DNA of 64,000 bases from a virus: positions 68,027 through 132,026 of IMG/VR virus record IMGVR_UViG_3300027795_000039; one strand, given 5' to 3'. The translations under genes were made by a program, and so were the position numbers. Each line of letters opens with the position of its first letter. Position 1 is the first letter of the stretch. The notes under the pieces are model-generated. The model saw only the letters and a program-made list of their open reading frames with translations, was not told the DNA's origin and ran no database searches. Positions 1-12,200 of the stretch are shown piece after piece.

Positions 1-102
1 ACCATACACCATCACGTCACCAGTGGCCGGATCCACCTCTGTTTTCTCTATTGGGAAACTCACAAAAGTAAGTTCACCGCGTTGAGTCAAAGTCGAGGCC
101 AC
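1..102 (-). CDS. 5' end of probable HK97-family prohead (capsid maturation) protease, running off the window edge
   Basis: Not in the ORF track. GTG at 102 with AGGAG 9 nt upstream; reads MASTLTQRGELTFVSFPIEKTEVDPATGDVMVYG, resembling the F-x-I-x-K...G-x-x-x-VYG start of actinophage prohead proteases; expected position after portal and MuF. Confidence 0.55.
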   Translation of the reverse strand, partial: MASTLTQRGELTFVSFPIEKTEVDPATGDVMVYG

Positions 103-131
103 GTGGCACGTCTCCTGTGATATAATTAACC

Positions 132-473
132 ATGAAACATAAGTCAAAGCGTCAACTTAAGAAGCACTACAAATATCGTACTAACACAAAAAAACTTCCG
201 AAATCTATTACCGTAACAGCCAGTACACCAACACAAACCGATAAAGTAGCAGACTGGCGCGTAGTTATCGCTGAACTTCACGCGCTGGCTGATTCTTTGA
301 ATCTTCTCGAGAAATTCGGTGTCACCGTGGAATTGGCTCACGGTGCTGTTGTCACTGACGCAGGTTACGTCCTCGCCATCGGTGGTGAAGCTGAGGATGC
401 AAAGTGGCAGGTTCGCACCAGGCGACTAACTGAATTCACACCTGAACCATTTACGTACGATGAGGATGATTAA
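132..473 (+). CDS. hypothetical protein with Lys-rich N-terminus, probably leaderless
   Basis: Extended -10 TGATATAAT at 118-126 just before ATG 132; divergent from the protease start. Confidence 0.6.
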   Translation: MKHKSKRQLKKHYKYRTNTKKLPKSITVTASTPTQTDKVADWRVVIAELHALADSLNLLEKFGVTVELAHGAVVTDAGYVLAIGGEAEDAKWQVRTRRLTEFTPEPFTYDEDD

Positions 474-775
474 ACAGAAACTGTCACTGATTCACGATTT
501 TCACCGAAGCTGATGATTGCCTGGTCCACATCATCAGTACTTTCGATTTTAACAACTGACCGCGTTACCGGGTTAGTTACTTCATCGACACCGAAACCAG
601 CAGCACCATATGGCATATCAGACAGTGTGGTAAACAGATCACCCTGTGATAGGATGTCTTGCACCAACTCAACTCGGCTACTCGATGTCAGCCGAAGACC
701 GACAACATCACCGTATGGATTTGGTGAACCTGTCCAGCTACGATGACATAGCGCGTTGAAGTCAGCTACCTTCAT
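470..775 (-). CDS. hypothetical protein
   Basis: ORF 470..889 restarted at MKVADF (775) to couple with the stop of the upstream small ORF. Confidence 0.5.
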   Translation of the reverse strand: MKVADFNALCHRSWTGSPNPYGDVVGLRLTSSSRVELVQDILSQGDLFTTLSDMPYGAAGFGVDEVTNPVTRSVVKIESTDDVDQAIISFGENRESVTVSV

Positions 776-929
776 CATCATCATCAGCTTTATCCGCATT
801 ATCCGCGGCGTTAGTATCATCATCAACGAACTGGATATCACCGGGTTGCCAGGTAAACCGTGATTTGTTATCTGGTTTACTGGTATCACTTACCGGTGTC
901 TTCTTGCTTAGTTTGTTTTCTTTGCTCAT
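762..929 (-). CDS. small protein with RFTWxxxD motif and acidic tail; possible immunity peptide
   Basis: MSKENK...SRFTWQPGDIQFVDDD; the same RFTW-x3-D motif (PRFTWTDDDVDI) is in the N-terminus of 14203..21135. Confidence 0.5.
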   Translation of the reverse strand: MSKENKLSKKTPVSDTSKPDNKSRFTWQPGDIQFVDDDTNAADNADKADDDDEGS

Positions 930-1047
930 CACGTTTTTGCTTTCCATCATCTTGAGCTGGTGACTGCTGCTCAAACGCAGTCAACAGCTCATCATCAACG
1001 TTAAAGTCTTCAGGGAACCAGCCAGGTAGTCCGGAGTCAGTGGGCAC
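886..1047 (-). CDS. 53-aa acidic protein coupled to the upstream ART gene
   Basis: Below the ORF-track cutoff; GTG 1047 overlaps the end of 1037..4231; MPTDSGLPGWFPEDFNVDDELLTAFEQ... Confidence 0.4.
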   Translation of the reverse strand: MPTDSGLPGWFPEDFNVDDELLTAFEQQSPAQDDGKQKRDEQRKQTKQEDTGK

Positions 1048-4000
1048 TGAAATCCTTTTGGGTTACATAAACGTTCATGATGCCATCTGCTGTCTGCACT
1101 TTGTCCACTGAGTACCGGCCACCAGTAACCACTTCACCTTCATTGAACAAAGACAATTTTGACAGACTCAAACCCTTCGCCCCGGGAGAGGTATGTATAA
1201 TTACTTTTGTCTTCCCCGGTTCACCAGTCTTATCTGCGAAACTGGCTGCCCACTCTGGTTTAGTCGTCCAGGACGCGACTGGCATATCCATGGTTTGACC
1301 AGGTTGGAACATCCGCTTCGCATCGGCATCACCCAACGTAATACCACGCGATATCTCACCATGCTGCACATCAGCATCTTTGTCAACCATACCGAGGAAC
1401 TTGTGCGCTTCCTGGCAGCCATTCCCACAATTTTTCGGTGGTGTGTTCGTGGACAACAGCCGGTGAAGCTCGTGAGTAAAGTCTTCACCTTCTTTGCCGT
1501 GCATGTATGAGTTGTTTGAGTACCGGAATGAGTTGGACCAGATACTAACGAGGTGTTGCTTTGTGGCCGTTGACAGCTCACCCGGCTTCGGTACTCGTGC
1601 CAATGCAGCCGGTGTGGTTGTTCCCGCAATAGCCTTAACAGCCTCAGCTGGCGTCTTATGGGTGGTGGTTGTACCATCACCATGCGTGGCTTCAAATGAT
1701 CCACCTGGCATATAACGAACCGCGCCAACTTCAGCGCCAGTTTTCTTGCTAACGACTGATCCATCATCATTAAGTTTGATGTCTGCCGATTTTACAGATG
1801 ATGCTGGTGTAGCTGTCTTCGGTTTACCAGCTGAATCACTAGATGCGATAACATCTGAACCAGCTACCTTCTTCGGCTTCGCCTCAGTTGCACCACTGTG
1901 ATCAGCTGACTTAGGCAGTTGCGTCAAATACACGTGACGCTGGCCTTTTTTATCAACCTCATCGCGGTCAACTCTAAAATTGCTATTGCGATTCAAAATC
2001 AACTCAGATTCCGTGGGTACAAATGATGCAGAACCTGGTTTGACAACCTTCGTGCCCTTTGGCACAGTGATATGCATAATAGCTGAATCAACACCTTCAC
2101 CGAAGTTTTTCTCGGCTATGTCCGGTTCAGCACTCGTACTAACGTACGCTTTATCGCTAAACGTTTTACCAACGCTCTTACCAGCTGGACCAAGTAGCTG
2201 ACTCGCCTGCGCCATGCCACGGTGAACGGTGATATCTCGATTAAGCGGTTTCGCACTGTCAAATGCACTATCGATGCTTTTAACATTTGGACTGTTGACA
2301 CTGTCAATGTTACCACCACGCAACTGACCATTAAGAGAATAGTAGTCATTAGCGGTGTAGTTGCTAACAGCTTTTACGGCTGCGGGTGACGCACCAGACG
2401 CAGCAACATCAGACATCTTCTTATAATCAGCAAGCGCATTCGCCGCAGCTGATTTTTTATCGTCAACCACGTTTGTTGGTTTAGCGGAAGTAACCGCTTC
2501 ACTCGGTTTAGCGACAGCCATCGTGGACTTTGCACCACCACGCCGCGCGATCTCATCTTTAACCGACTTATGCGCCCGCGATACCTTACCGTCTTTACCA
2601 AGCTTCGTCGCACGGTTCGCGAATGCCTGGTCAGCGGCCTTCAGATCGTCATCTGAAGCATCGTGGACGATGTTCTTCCGGCTAGCAGCCGTTGGTGTTT
2701 TAGTCAGCTGATCCGCGAATTTACTAGTCGTATTAGTGGTTTTTGATGTATCTGATGGTTTTACGGACTCAACGACTTTATCATTATCACCATGTGGTAG
2801 CACCGTAACATGAATCTGCCGGTTTCCATTTTTATCTAGCTCATCAGAATCAACATGAAACTTGGCGTTAGGCGCCATCGTATACTCATGAACCGCATTC
2901 CTCGACTTATTCAGTGCTTGACGTGATGATGAGTCACCAGTGATCAGATCTTTTGCTTTCAGCATCTGAGTACCTGAAGGAGCATGCACGGTAATATGTG
3001 CAGCATCCTTACCCTGGTACATATTTGCGATACCACCGATTGACGTCATGGACGTAAAGCCTTTATCCTGGAACGTCTTACCATTCATTGAGCCAACGGG
3101 ACCGAAGATATCATTGGCACCGTGTACCCCACGGTGTAGCAATGTAGGTTCTTCGGTTGGTTTTGCCTTGCCAATCAACTTTGTTAGCCCATCAACAGCT
3201 TTTTGTTTACTAGCTGGAACTTTATCGTTTCGCAATGCTTTATTCGTAGCACCGAATGCAGAACTGTAATAAACCGATTCTGCGTTCTTCTTATCCGCGT
3301 CTGAAATCCCACCTGGTACTTCACCATAATGCGTGGTATCCCAGAGTGGTATGCTGGTTAGTTCTTTGCCAGTATCAGGACTTGGTTTTTCAGTTGCTGG
3401 TTTCTTACCACTAACAGCTGGTTTAATACCACTTTGCTGGACAGCTGGCTTCTCAACACTCGTAACCGGTTTTTTCGCCTCATCTGCACCATCGAAATCA
3501 CGCTTCGTCTTACCGCTGTTGTAATGACCCATCAGTGCGCGGACAGCGGTTTCTTTATCTTTATGCGACGAGGTATGACCATCGGAGTGAGTCGCGGTAA
3601 ATTTACCTGCGGCGTTCTTATCAACGTGGCCCACACCGTAACCGGATGGCTTGTGCAGGATGGTGCCATCACGCTTAACCTGCAGATCATCACGTGATAT
3701 CTTACCTGGCTTCTCACCACAAGGAGGACGCACACAAATGAAGCCATGAATATAACCCTCAGGGCCACCGAGCTTAATGAGATCCGGCTGGCTCTGCCAG
3801 AAAAAATCCGGCACCACCGACTTGGTCTTCGAGTGTTCAGCCTTTAGCTTCTCCCACTCAGCCAGCGCCTTACTAGCCGCAGCGCGAACCTCCGGTGTCA
3901 CCTTACCACGACCAGATGCCCAGCGTTTCACCGCGCCAATGGCAATGGAAATAGCCTCGGACTCAGTGTGACCTGACTTAATCAGTGAGTGAGCGATGTT

Positions 4001-4231
4001 CTGGATGTACGCGGGGAGCTGTGCTTTTTTATCTCCCCAAAGACCGTGAGTACCGAGTAGGTGATGCATCGTAGATAGTGTTGCGGTTTCAGCAGATTTA
4101 ATAGTATTACCGGTGTTAGCACGCTTTTGATGCGCTATGTGAAGTTTATCCCGCTGTATCGACGTCATTCCAGCTGGGATAATGACACGGTTCCCAGCCT
4201 GGTCTTGCCCGGATACCTCTATGGTTTCCAT
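1037..4231 (-). CDS. polyvalent virion protein with one GYIHG tag and three ADP-ribosyltransferase-like domains
   Basis: KLGGPEGYIHGFICVRPPC; VIP2-like LLHRG..KGFTSMTS..HEY and VHRGM..AYVSTS..ESELIL; third ART ISRG..ASWT..EGEVV. Confidence 0.88.
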   Translation of the reverse strand: METIEVSGQDQAGNRVIIPAGMTSIQRDKLHIAHQKRANTGNTIKSAETATLSTMHHLLGTHGLWGDKKAQLPAYIQNIAHSLIKSGHTESEAISIAIGAVKRWASGRGKVTPEVRAAASKALAEWEKLKAEHSKTKSVVPDFFWQSQPDLIKLGGPEGYIHGFICVRPPCGEKPGKISRDDLQVKRDGTILHKPSGYGVGHVDKNAAGKFTATHSDGHTSSHKDKETAVRALMGHYNSGKTKRDFDGADEAKKPVTSVEKPAVQQSGIKPAVSGKKPATEKPSPDTGKELTSIPLWDTTHYGEVPGGISDADKKNAESVYYSSAFGATNKALRNDKVPASKQKAVDGLTKLIGKAKPTEEPTLLHRGVHGANDIFGPVGSMNGKTFQDKGFTSMTSIGGIANMYQGKDAAHITVHAPSGTQMLKAKDLITGDSSSRQALNKSRNAVHEYTMAPNAKFHVDSDELDKNGNRQIHVTVLPHGDNDKVVESVKPSDTSKTTNTTSKFADQLTKTPTAASRKNIVHDASDDDLKAADQAFANRATKLGKDGKVSRAHKSVKDEIARRGGAKSTMAVAKPSEAVTSAKPTNVVDDKKSAAANALADYKKMSDVAASGASPAAVKAVSNYTANDYYSLNGQLRGGNIDSVNSPNVKSIDSAFDSAKPLNRDITVHRGMAQASQLLGPAGKSVGKTFSDKAYVSTSAEPDIAEKNFGEGVDSAIMHITVPKGTKVVKPGSASFVPTESELILNRNSNFRVDRDEVDKKGQRHVYLTQLPKSADHSGATEAKPKKVAGSDVIASSDSAGKPKTATPASSVKSADIKLNDDGSVVSKKTGAEVGAVRYMPGGSFEATHGDGTTTTHKTPAEAVKAIAGTTTPAALARVPKPGELSTATKQHLVSIWSNSFRYSNNSYMHGKEGEDFTHELHRLLSTNTPPKNCGNGCQEAHKFLGMVDKDADVQHGEISRGITLGDADAKRMFQPGQTMDMPVASWTTKPEWAASFADKTGEPGKTKVIIHTSPGAKGLSLSKLSLFNEGEVVTGGRYSVDKVQTADGIMNVYVTQKDFSAH

Positions 4232-5922
4232 GGATCAAGACCATTCTCACTCATGTAAGCATGTACTTGACTTTGCAACTGCGGTAGCATTTGTAGGTCA
4301 CCAAGTGCAAGTTGACCAGCTGGATTTTCATGGTGCTGTGAAGCAAGTTCAGCGAATTGTTCACGTGCAGCTGTGTTTGCGCCAACTACATCAGCACGGA
4401 AATGTGGTTCAGTACTACCGGGATACATTATTTCATCAATACCCTGGTATTTACTTATTTCTCTACTAAGCTGACGCCACTTAGGTGTACCTGAGTATTC
4501 ACCGTTCTCATCGAGGAAATGCATCGCCTCATGGACTGGAGCGTATTTGTCGCTTCCAGCAGCGATAAGCATTTTTTTGTTCCTGTGATCAGACAAAGCG
4601 TTAACGTTCAGGTTATAGCCAGCTTCACCTGGCGTCATCTGGTAATCAAAACCGTATTTATTCATCTGTTCTCTAGTAAGGCTCTTACCAGGAACAGATA
4701 TAATTTTTACTTTCTTTTTCAGGAGTTTATCCTGGTTTTTATCAGAAATACGACCAAGTGAATTCAGCAGAAGGCCGTGCTCATAATTAGACTCATCTTC
4801 CATTGTTACTGCCTGTGATAGCTGACGGCCTAGAGCGTGAGTCCATTTACCGTGATCATCACGTGATTCAAGCGGGTTGAAGTGAAAGCTAACTTTCTCA
4901 ACAACCACGCTGTTGTTGATTTTACTTACTGTGTTTTCATCACCAGCCATGAAGTCGTTGTTCCATGGCTGCTTCCCAGCCTTCATCGCCAACGCGGCGT
5001 GACTCGCCATAGCGAGTGCCATCGAATTCGCATCATCGGGATCCATGCCACCGTGTACTAGCTCAGAAGCCACAGCAGCAGCCACGTGGGCAATTGCGCC
5101 GGGTGATATAGACGTATCTGCCTTGGCAACACCGAGTGCTGTCACAGGCGCTCGGTGGAACGACATTGGGATCTTGCCGAGAACGGTTCTGGCTCGTGCC
5201 GCTACACCTGCCACCATCTTCGGCGCCCCGTGAGTTTTGATGTGCACGGCAGACTTAGCGAAAACTTTACCGATTTCCGGCAAATGCTCGTGAAGCAATG
5301 GTGCCAGCGCTACCAGTGAAGCACCACCAGTAAAGAATGATAGAGCGATGGACGCGATAATTGTACCGATTTCAATACCGATATCAATTTTCGAGTCTTT
5401 TTTCTGCTCGTCTTTCAACTCTTTTTGCAGGTCAGCGATGCGTTCATCGACTTGCTTCGCGTGCTCAGCAAGGAGGTCATCAATCGGTGATTTAGTACCT
5501 TGTGCTTCTTTCGCAGCCTCAGCTGTGATTGCCTCAAGTGTGGGGTGATCACTTGGCTTAGCTTCACCAGCTACCTCAGCTGGTTTCTCCGCTGGTTTTT
5601 CTGGTGGTTTCCTGGTTTCCTCAGGCTTTACTGCTTTGTTATGACGGCGAGCGACAGCGGCAACAGCATCCGCACGCTTCTCGTGATTGCTGTTTTTATC
5701 CTCACCTGGCCGTGACGCAACATACTTACCACCGCGCTTGCCAACTTGTCCCACGGCGTAGCCGGTTGGACGGTGTACCACGGTTCCATTACGGGTAACA
5801 CCGAGGTCAGCCGCTTTTACCTTACCTGGACCATCGTGACCACACGGCGGACGCACGCATACCCAGCCGTGTTCATACCCCTCCGGTCCCACCTTCGTGA
5901 TCTCCGGTGCCATCACACTCAT
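4219..5922 (-). CDS. tagged cargo protein with hydrophobic helical segment and C-terminal zincin metallopeptidase
   Basis: Start moved to MSVMAPEITKVGPEGYEHGW (GAGG upstream, follows the 5930 stop); hydrophobic IGTIIASIALSFFTGGASLVAL; FNPLESRDDHGKWT motif; HEAMH...EQFAE. Confidence 0.8.
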   Translation of the reverse strand: MSVMAPEITKVGPEGYEHGWVCVRPPCGHDGPGKVKAADLGVTRNGTVVHRPTGYAVGQVGKRGGKYVASRPGEDKNSNHEKRADAVAAVARRHNKAVKPEETRKPPEKPAEKPAEVAGEAKPSDHPTLEAITAEAAKEAQGTKSPIDDLLAEHAKQVDERIADLQKELKDEQKKDSKIDIGIEIGTIIASIALSFFTGGASLVALAPLLHEHLPEIGKVFAKSAVHIKTHGAPKMVAGVAARARTVLGKIPMSFHRAPVTALGVAKADTSISPGAIAHVAAAVASELVHGGMDPDDANSMALAMASHAALAMKAGKQPWNNDFMAGDENTVSKINNSVVVEKVSFHFNPLESRDDHGKWTHALGRQLSQAVTMEDESNYEHGLLLNSLGRISDKNQDKLLKKKVKIISVPGKSLTREQMNKYGFDYQMTPGEAGYNLNVNALSDHRNKKMLIAAGSDKYAPVHEAMHFLDENGEYSGTPKWRQLSREISKYQGIDEIMYPGSTEPHFRADVVGANTAAREQFAELASQHHENPAGQLALGDLQMLPQLQSQVHAYMSENGLDPWKP

Positions 5923-5929
5923 CGGGGCC

Positions 5930-6274
5930 TCACGTTCTATTTTGACCAGGTGGTCCAGATATACCAGCGAAGGTCGTGGTACCATCCTGCTGCAATCGTT
6001 CTGCCCCAGGCCGGTCCCATTCCATAAGCCACTTCGCGGTCTGGATCTTAAGCTGCTGTGGCGCGGGAATCCAGGATGGCAACTGGGTAAATTTCTTAAC
6101 CCGCTGCACGTCTTCCTCAGTGGGCGGGTAATGGATTCCCTTAAACAGGTGCTCGAACTGGTCAATATCACTGCCATCATAGTGCTGGAAATCCCAGGAT
6201 AGCGTTTTCAGCCAGTCTTCATTCCAGTCATCATTACTAAACGAGTACGGCTGAGTCAAAGAGCTTTCGGTCAC
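5930..6274 (-). CDS. Trp-rich small protein (NEDW family), candidate immunity protein
   Basis: NEDW..SWD...DG...PP...D..RV..FTQLPSW..AP..L; paralogous to 22226..22498 and the MuF N-terminus. Confidence 0.75.
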   Translation of the reverse strand: MTESSLTQPYSFSNDDWNEDWLKTLSWDFQHYDGSDIDQFEHLFKGIHYPPTEEDVQRVKKFTQLPSWIPAPQQLKIQTAKWLMEWDRPGAERLQQDGTTTFAGISGPPGQNRT

Positions 6275-6276
6275 GA

Positions 6277-9200
6277 TCAGCCCTTCGACTTTTCGATCTT
6301 AACCTGCCCCGGTGCTGCCATGACCACCCACTCTCGTTCCTTCAAACAACCGTTACCAGTCCGAGGAGTCGACATGATCAGGTTAGCGGGAACACTCGCA
6401 GCAACCTGAACACCAGAACTACCGTAACCGTAGAACTTACCTGCTTCACCGCTGGCGTGCGACCACGATGACAACGGCCGCCAGTCTGATTCCGCTACAT
6501 CAGCTGTGCTACCGGCTGGCTTTAGCTTTGGGTTAAAATGACTACCACTAGGGTCAAGATTAGTCTTCAACCAATTTGGTATCTCATTGTTTGCGTCAAA
6601 CCCCATCGCTCGGTGAAGTGTAACACTCGTGATACCAGCTTTTTTCAGCTCTCGCTGAGTAACGTTATATTGCGCTCGGACAAATTCGCGAAGTGCAGCC
6701 TGGTTATCGTTGTAGTATTTGTCGACCTGAGTTTGCAGATCACCAGTTTCCGCAGCCCACTTCTTCGCGCTTGGAAGGCCAAACTCATCAGCAGCCGCAC
6801 GCTGCACACCAAGCGCACCGAGGTGACTGTCGTTTGAGGTTTGCTTCCATACCTCAATTGCAGAGCTAACCAGCTCTGCACGGAGGTGACGCTCATCTTC
6901 GGCGGTAAACGGCTCATTTTTATCTGGAGCAAGATCAGCCAGGTACGCTGACAGCAACTTACGTGCCACATCAGCTTCATCAGCTACCTTCAGCTTCTCC
7001 GATGGTGTATTTGAATAAGTACTAAACGGCTTGTAACCAACGCTTCCATAACTACTCGTTACGATTCCTTTACTGGAACCAATCGCAGCAAGCACTTGTC
7101 TTTGCGATAGTGGCAAGCCACTAGCAGCGAGCAATTCTTGTGTTTCCGGTTTCGCCAGGTCTTGCCTCACATCGGCCGGAACCGTGTTCTTATTTTGCAA
7201 CCGGTTTAGCAGGTCTTCAACTATCGGACGGCTTTTATTAGCATTCGCACTAAAATAGTTTCCTGGTTCGTTGAAAACATCAGCGCTGTGATGAACTGAA
7301 ACTGCACTAATACCTTCTTTGGCGATGCTGTTAACTAGTGAATTTGGCAAACGTGAATTGTCATTGTTACCACCGGCCATCTTCGCCATGTCCTGTGTGG
7401 AAACACTACTCATCTCATCAGCAATCAGGTGAGCCGCGTTGTTTTTGTACTTACCAGCATCGCTAGTGTCAACACTTTTACCGGTTACCTTGTTACCGGT
7501 AGCCATGTAACCCTCGGCGATGCTACTGCCGATGTCGCCAACACGGGCGGATGTAAACTGACCAGGTGCCTCTTCAGCTGTCAGCTTCTCGGCGGCTGCT
7601 GGCTTCACCTTAATGGAATCAGCCAGTTTCTTCACATCGGGTGAAAACGACTTTGAGTCATCACCAGCATACTTACCATTCATGACCTTAGCGAGGTTAC
7701 GCAAGCGAGATTCTGCTTCACTTACGTTACCTTCATCATGAAGCTTAGCAGCCTGACTAAGCATACCCTTATACTGCGCCTTGTAGTATGAAGCAATATG
7801 TGTGTTTTCCAGATCAGCACGCAGCTTTGCTGCTCGATCGCCGAATGACTCAAAGCTAAGATCTTTATCATGCTGCTTCTCGAGTGCTGCAAGCGACTTC
7901 TTAAGCCCCGCTCGTGCAGCAGTGATCTTATTTTTTGTATCACCATATGCGTACTTACTAGCGTCAGCGAGTGATATGTCAAGTTTCCGCGCAGACCTGA
8001 TAACATCAGCAGCTTTACCTGCCTTCAACTGGGCGGCTACTGCATCCGAGTCTCTCAGCGATGCTACCATACCACTGCTACCAGGTATAAGTGATTCAGC
8101 ATTCTTTGTCGCATCAGCGATCTGTGATGCCAGCCCGTGTGCCAGTTGCACCGTGTACGGTGTTTCTGGTTTTACTTCACTTGCTTTTTTCAGGCCAGCA
8201 GCCACGGAGATCTTGTCGTGGATGGCCTGGATCGCGTTAATCTGCTTATCAGTGGTATTTGTATTTACACCATCTGTAACATATTGATCGAGGATATCAT
8301 GCAAATCATCGAGTATGCCGTGCAAGCTATCGAGTGCGCCTTGCGTGTTACCGTCAGTTAGCTGACTGCTAACAGCGTCTAGTGTATCTTTTTCATCAGC
8401 AAGAAATGGCAAGCTAGCCTTAGCTGTGGCGATACTAGCCTGAGCGCTTTCCACATCAGCTGACTTCAGTTTTTTCGGGACTTTTTTCAAACCGGCTGCG
8501 ACAGAGAGCTTGTTGTGGATAGCCTGCATCGCAGCGATTTTTTTATCATCATCTGTAGCATCGATGATCTCTTGCAAGTGGCTAAGTGCACCTGGTGTGT
8601 CATTAGCCAGCACTTTGGCTTTAGCATTATTGAGTATAGTTTGGCCAACCAAACCAAATGCCAGGTCCGGATTATTCTGCGCAGCGGTAATACTATCATA
8701 AACTGCTTTAGCATCAGCTGATTTGAGGTTTTTCGGTTTCTTCGGTGCTTTAGTAAGACCGGCAGCTGTGGAAAGCTTGTCATGAGCGATTTGAAGTTTA
8801 CTAAGCGTACTTTCATCATATGTATCAGCATTATCAATTACTGATTGCAGATCACTCAACGCACCGTGAGAATCACCCGCTACCAGTTTACTTTTAGCGC
8901 TTTCCAGTAGTTTATCATTGCTAGTGTGCGCTGCAAAATCGTTTTGTGCTTTTACTATTGCAAGGTGAATTGCCTCAACATCAGCCTGCTTCAACTTCGG
9001 TACCTTTGATGCACTGCCAAGGCCGGCAGCTGCAGATATCTTAGCATGAATAGCTTTAACTGCTTCAGCTTCATCAGAACTGCCGTAATCATCTAGACTA
9101 TCACTCAGTTCATGGAGTGAATCAAGCGCACCTTGCGTGTCACCGTCTGACAATTTCGCGCTGATAACATCAAGCTTGTTGTAAGAACCACTACCAGGCA

Positions 9201-12200
9201 TAAAGCTATTCTGCGCAGCGCTGATATCATTCTTTACACTGCTAAGATCCGCTGCCTTTAGCTTCTTCAGCTTCGGTACATTTACCGGGTTAACCACAGC
9301 TGGTAGCTTACCAATTGGTGGATTCAGCTTCTCATATACACTATCATGGAGATCAGCAATTTCAGCTCCAGGATAACCATCAACATCAAATTCGTATTTG
9401 GCATCTGACAAAAGATCAAGCGCCTTTGCACCGTCACCAGCTTGAAGCGCGGTTTTTATCGCGCCCAATACTTGGTCCGCGTGAGGATCACCGCTAAAAA
9501 GCGTCAAACCATCGATATCATTGATTTCATTACCGAAGTCTGGTGATCCGGCACCAGTTACAGCTGACACATCAGGTACCGGTTTACCAGCAGTCAGTGC
9601 ATCTTGCAACAAGCTAACCTTATTGCTGTTAGCCAGGTCACCATCACCATTAAATGCATCAATGGCACCCTGAAGGTGTTCTTTGACATCATCGATATTG
9701 CCTGTATTCAACGCCAGGTATGCATCTGTTAGATGACCATTTGCTTGAATGTTTGAGGCGTTGTTATTTATATCTGCGATGGCATTTTGGTATGCATTAG
9801 TATCAATCGCAGGTGATTTCGCCGGTATAGCTGGTGAATTTTTCAGCTGGTTTTCAAAACTAATGGTGTGGTTAAGCAGATCGATGTCACCAGTCATCAC
9901 TGCGTCACTCTTCACTTTATCAAGTGAAGCTGCTGCGACGGCTTCTTTACCATCAACCAAGTGTGCTGACGCTTCATTGAGATGAGCCGCTGCCACCGGA
10001 TCTGTCGTCACCTGCGACAAACTTGCAAGGTTATCTGCAAGTGATTTACTCGGGTCCGGCTCCCAGTTCGCTACACTTTGGTCTACCAGGTGTGCTGCTG
10101 GTTTTACTTTTTTACCGAGAAGCGCATCATGAATCTGCTGGACTTTACTCGCATTCATGATATCATCTTTATTACTACTAGCGTACAACACACTAGTCGC
10201 ATCACTGAGGTGTTCTACCGCGTTAGTGGTATTCCCCGCACCAAGCGCATCGTATGCCAGCGTCAGGTGATCATCTGCATCACTGCTCGCAATATGATCC
10301 TGCGTCTGGGATATAGCATCCATGTACGCATTAGTATTGATATCTGGCTTTAGCTTTACTTTTGGTTTTACTGGGTGAGCCACATCAGATGAGTGAAACG
10401 CCTCATTAGAAAGCTGGTACATCGCATGAGCGAGAGCCATGTCGTGCGTTCCATTACCAGCTTGAGTAAGAAGTTCTCCCGCCACATTATGATCACCACT
10501 TACCAATGATGCAGCGGCTGATGTCAGGTAATCTTTTACAGCTTCATCTGATGAAAGATCATGAATCGCAGCTATCTTTTGTGGCAACGCGCTTTGAGCG
10601 AGAGCAGCGTCGATTGGTGAAACAGACGGTGCACTAGCTGGTTTTATCGCTTCACCAGCTGCTTCATCTGGTTCTCCCAGCAGGTCCTTCTCCCACTGTG
10701 CCATGTAAGCATCTGGTTTTACTTTACCAGCCTCAAGTGAAGTGCCGATTGTCATCGCTTGCGAGGCGACATCGTGCTCACCTTGCGCGTTCAATGCGAC
10801 AGCGGCTGCGGCAAGTTTAGTGCTCGCTTTATCATAGTCACCGGTGTTAACCGCCGCATACGCGTTTGTTAGATGCTCGTGAGCTGTCCAGTTTTCCAGT
10901 GGTGGAACCTGACCAGTCAACTGCTCAATCGCGTCTTTATACGCTTTATCGTTAACAGATGATTCACCGGGAATGTAACCGTAGGTATCTTTGAAGTCTT
11001 CTGGACTTACATCTGATGGCAGTTTACCAGTTTCCTGGTAGTATTCCTCACTGGTCATCAATCCTTTATCCCACAGGTAATCTGGGCTGTTTTTATCAAC
11101 TGCCACTGGTTCAACAGGCTTGGCAGCGAGTTTGTCCTTCAGCGCCTGCAGTGCCTCTTCAGAGGCGATCTGGTCTTTTGTTTTACCAGCTGGTGCACTT
11201 ACCGCAGGTGCGTTCAACGGCTTCGGTGCGTCTGATAGTGCCAGACCAGTATCATGAATATGCGTCTGAAGCAACTTATTTGGTTTAAAGAACAGATTTG
11301 CTGCTTCTTCAGCTTTCGTCAGCTCAACACCAGCGGTAACATGATCACCAGCAGCGAGTGCTGTTTTTGCCTTTTCAAGGTGATCAGCAGCTTCATCGCT
11401 GGCATCTGGCTCTTTAGCACGATCATTCAATACTGATACGTTGTGATATAGTACAGCTGATTTTGCTGCGTCAGCTCGATTTGCGAATGTACCACCAAGC
11501 TTTACTTTCTTACCATCCGCACCGTGGTGCGTCATCGAGTAGGTACCATCCGCGTTCTTCCGCAGCGCACCGATCTGGGTACCATCACCAGCGAGTACCT
11601 TGCCATTTTTCGTGTTAAAAACAGCCTCGCTGTATTGCGGTCCACACGGTGGTCTTACGCAGATGTAACCGTGTATGTACCCTTCTTTGCCAACCTTTAT
11701 CAGATGGGCAAGGCGGATGATGATCTTACCGGCCGCGTTTTTCCTAGCAAATGATACTGGTTCCCAGTTACCAGGAGCATCATCATCCCGGTTGTCTTCC
11801 TCTTCCGGTTCCTCGTCATTTTCTTGCTGTCCAACCAGATCATACGGCACCAAACCACTAACCGCACCAGAACCAGCAACCGCACCAGCGGTAATGTTCT
11901 TGGTAACGAATTCCCAGACCGTCGGCAGCTTCACAACATCATCTGGAGATAGCTCAGGTACTGGCTTCAGTATATCATACATCACGGCGGCACTGCCAGT
12001 CGAGTGACCAGAAATTTTTATAAATTTATTCGCGGAAGCCTGGCCATTGCTAATCTGATAATCATGTGTCTGGAACCACGGTGAATTCTCATTATCTGAT
12101 GGCACGAAACCGACATATGCTTTAACAGGGCGGTTTTCTTTCCGGTACGCTAGTGCACGATGATGACCGTCCACGATCTTCAGCCGATCATCACCTGGTA

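Noticed and set aside
5923-6180. Longest-ORF starts of 4219..6180, 6277..12765, 21132..22313, 24348..27692, 33619..34632, 41011..41781 and 59105..60811
   Set aside because: They overlap better-supported genes or hairpins; downstream starts have an RBS, stop-start coupling or a promoter
7802-8287. Plus-strand ORFs opposite the large minus-strand genes (e.g. 7802, 15475, 24913, 30243, 49614)
   Set aside because: Antisense shadows of codon-biased genes with no RBS or recognisable motifs
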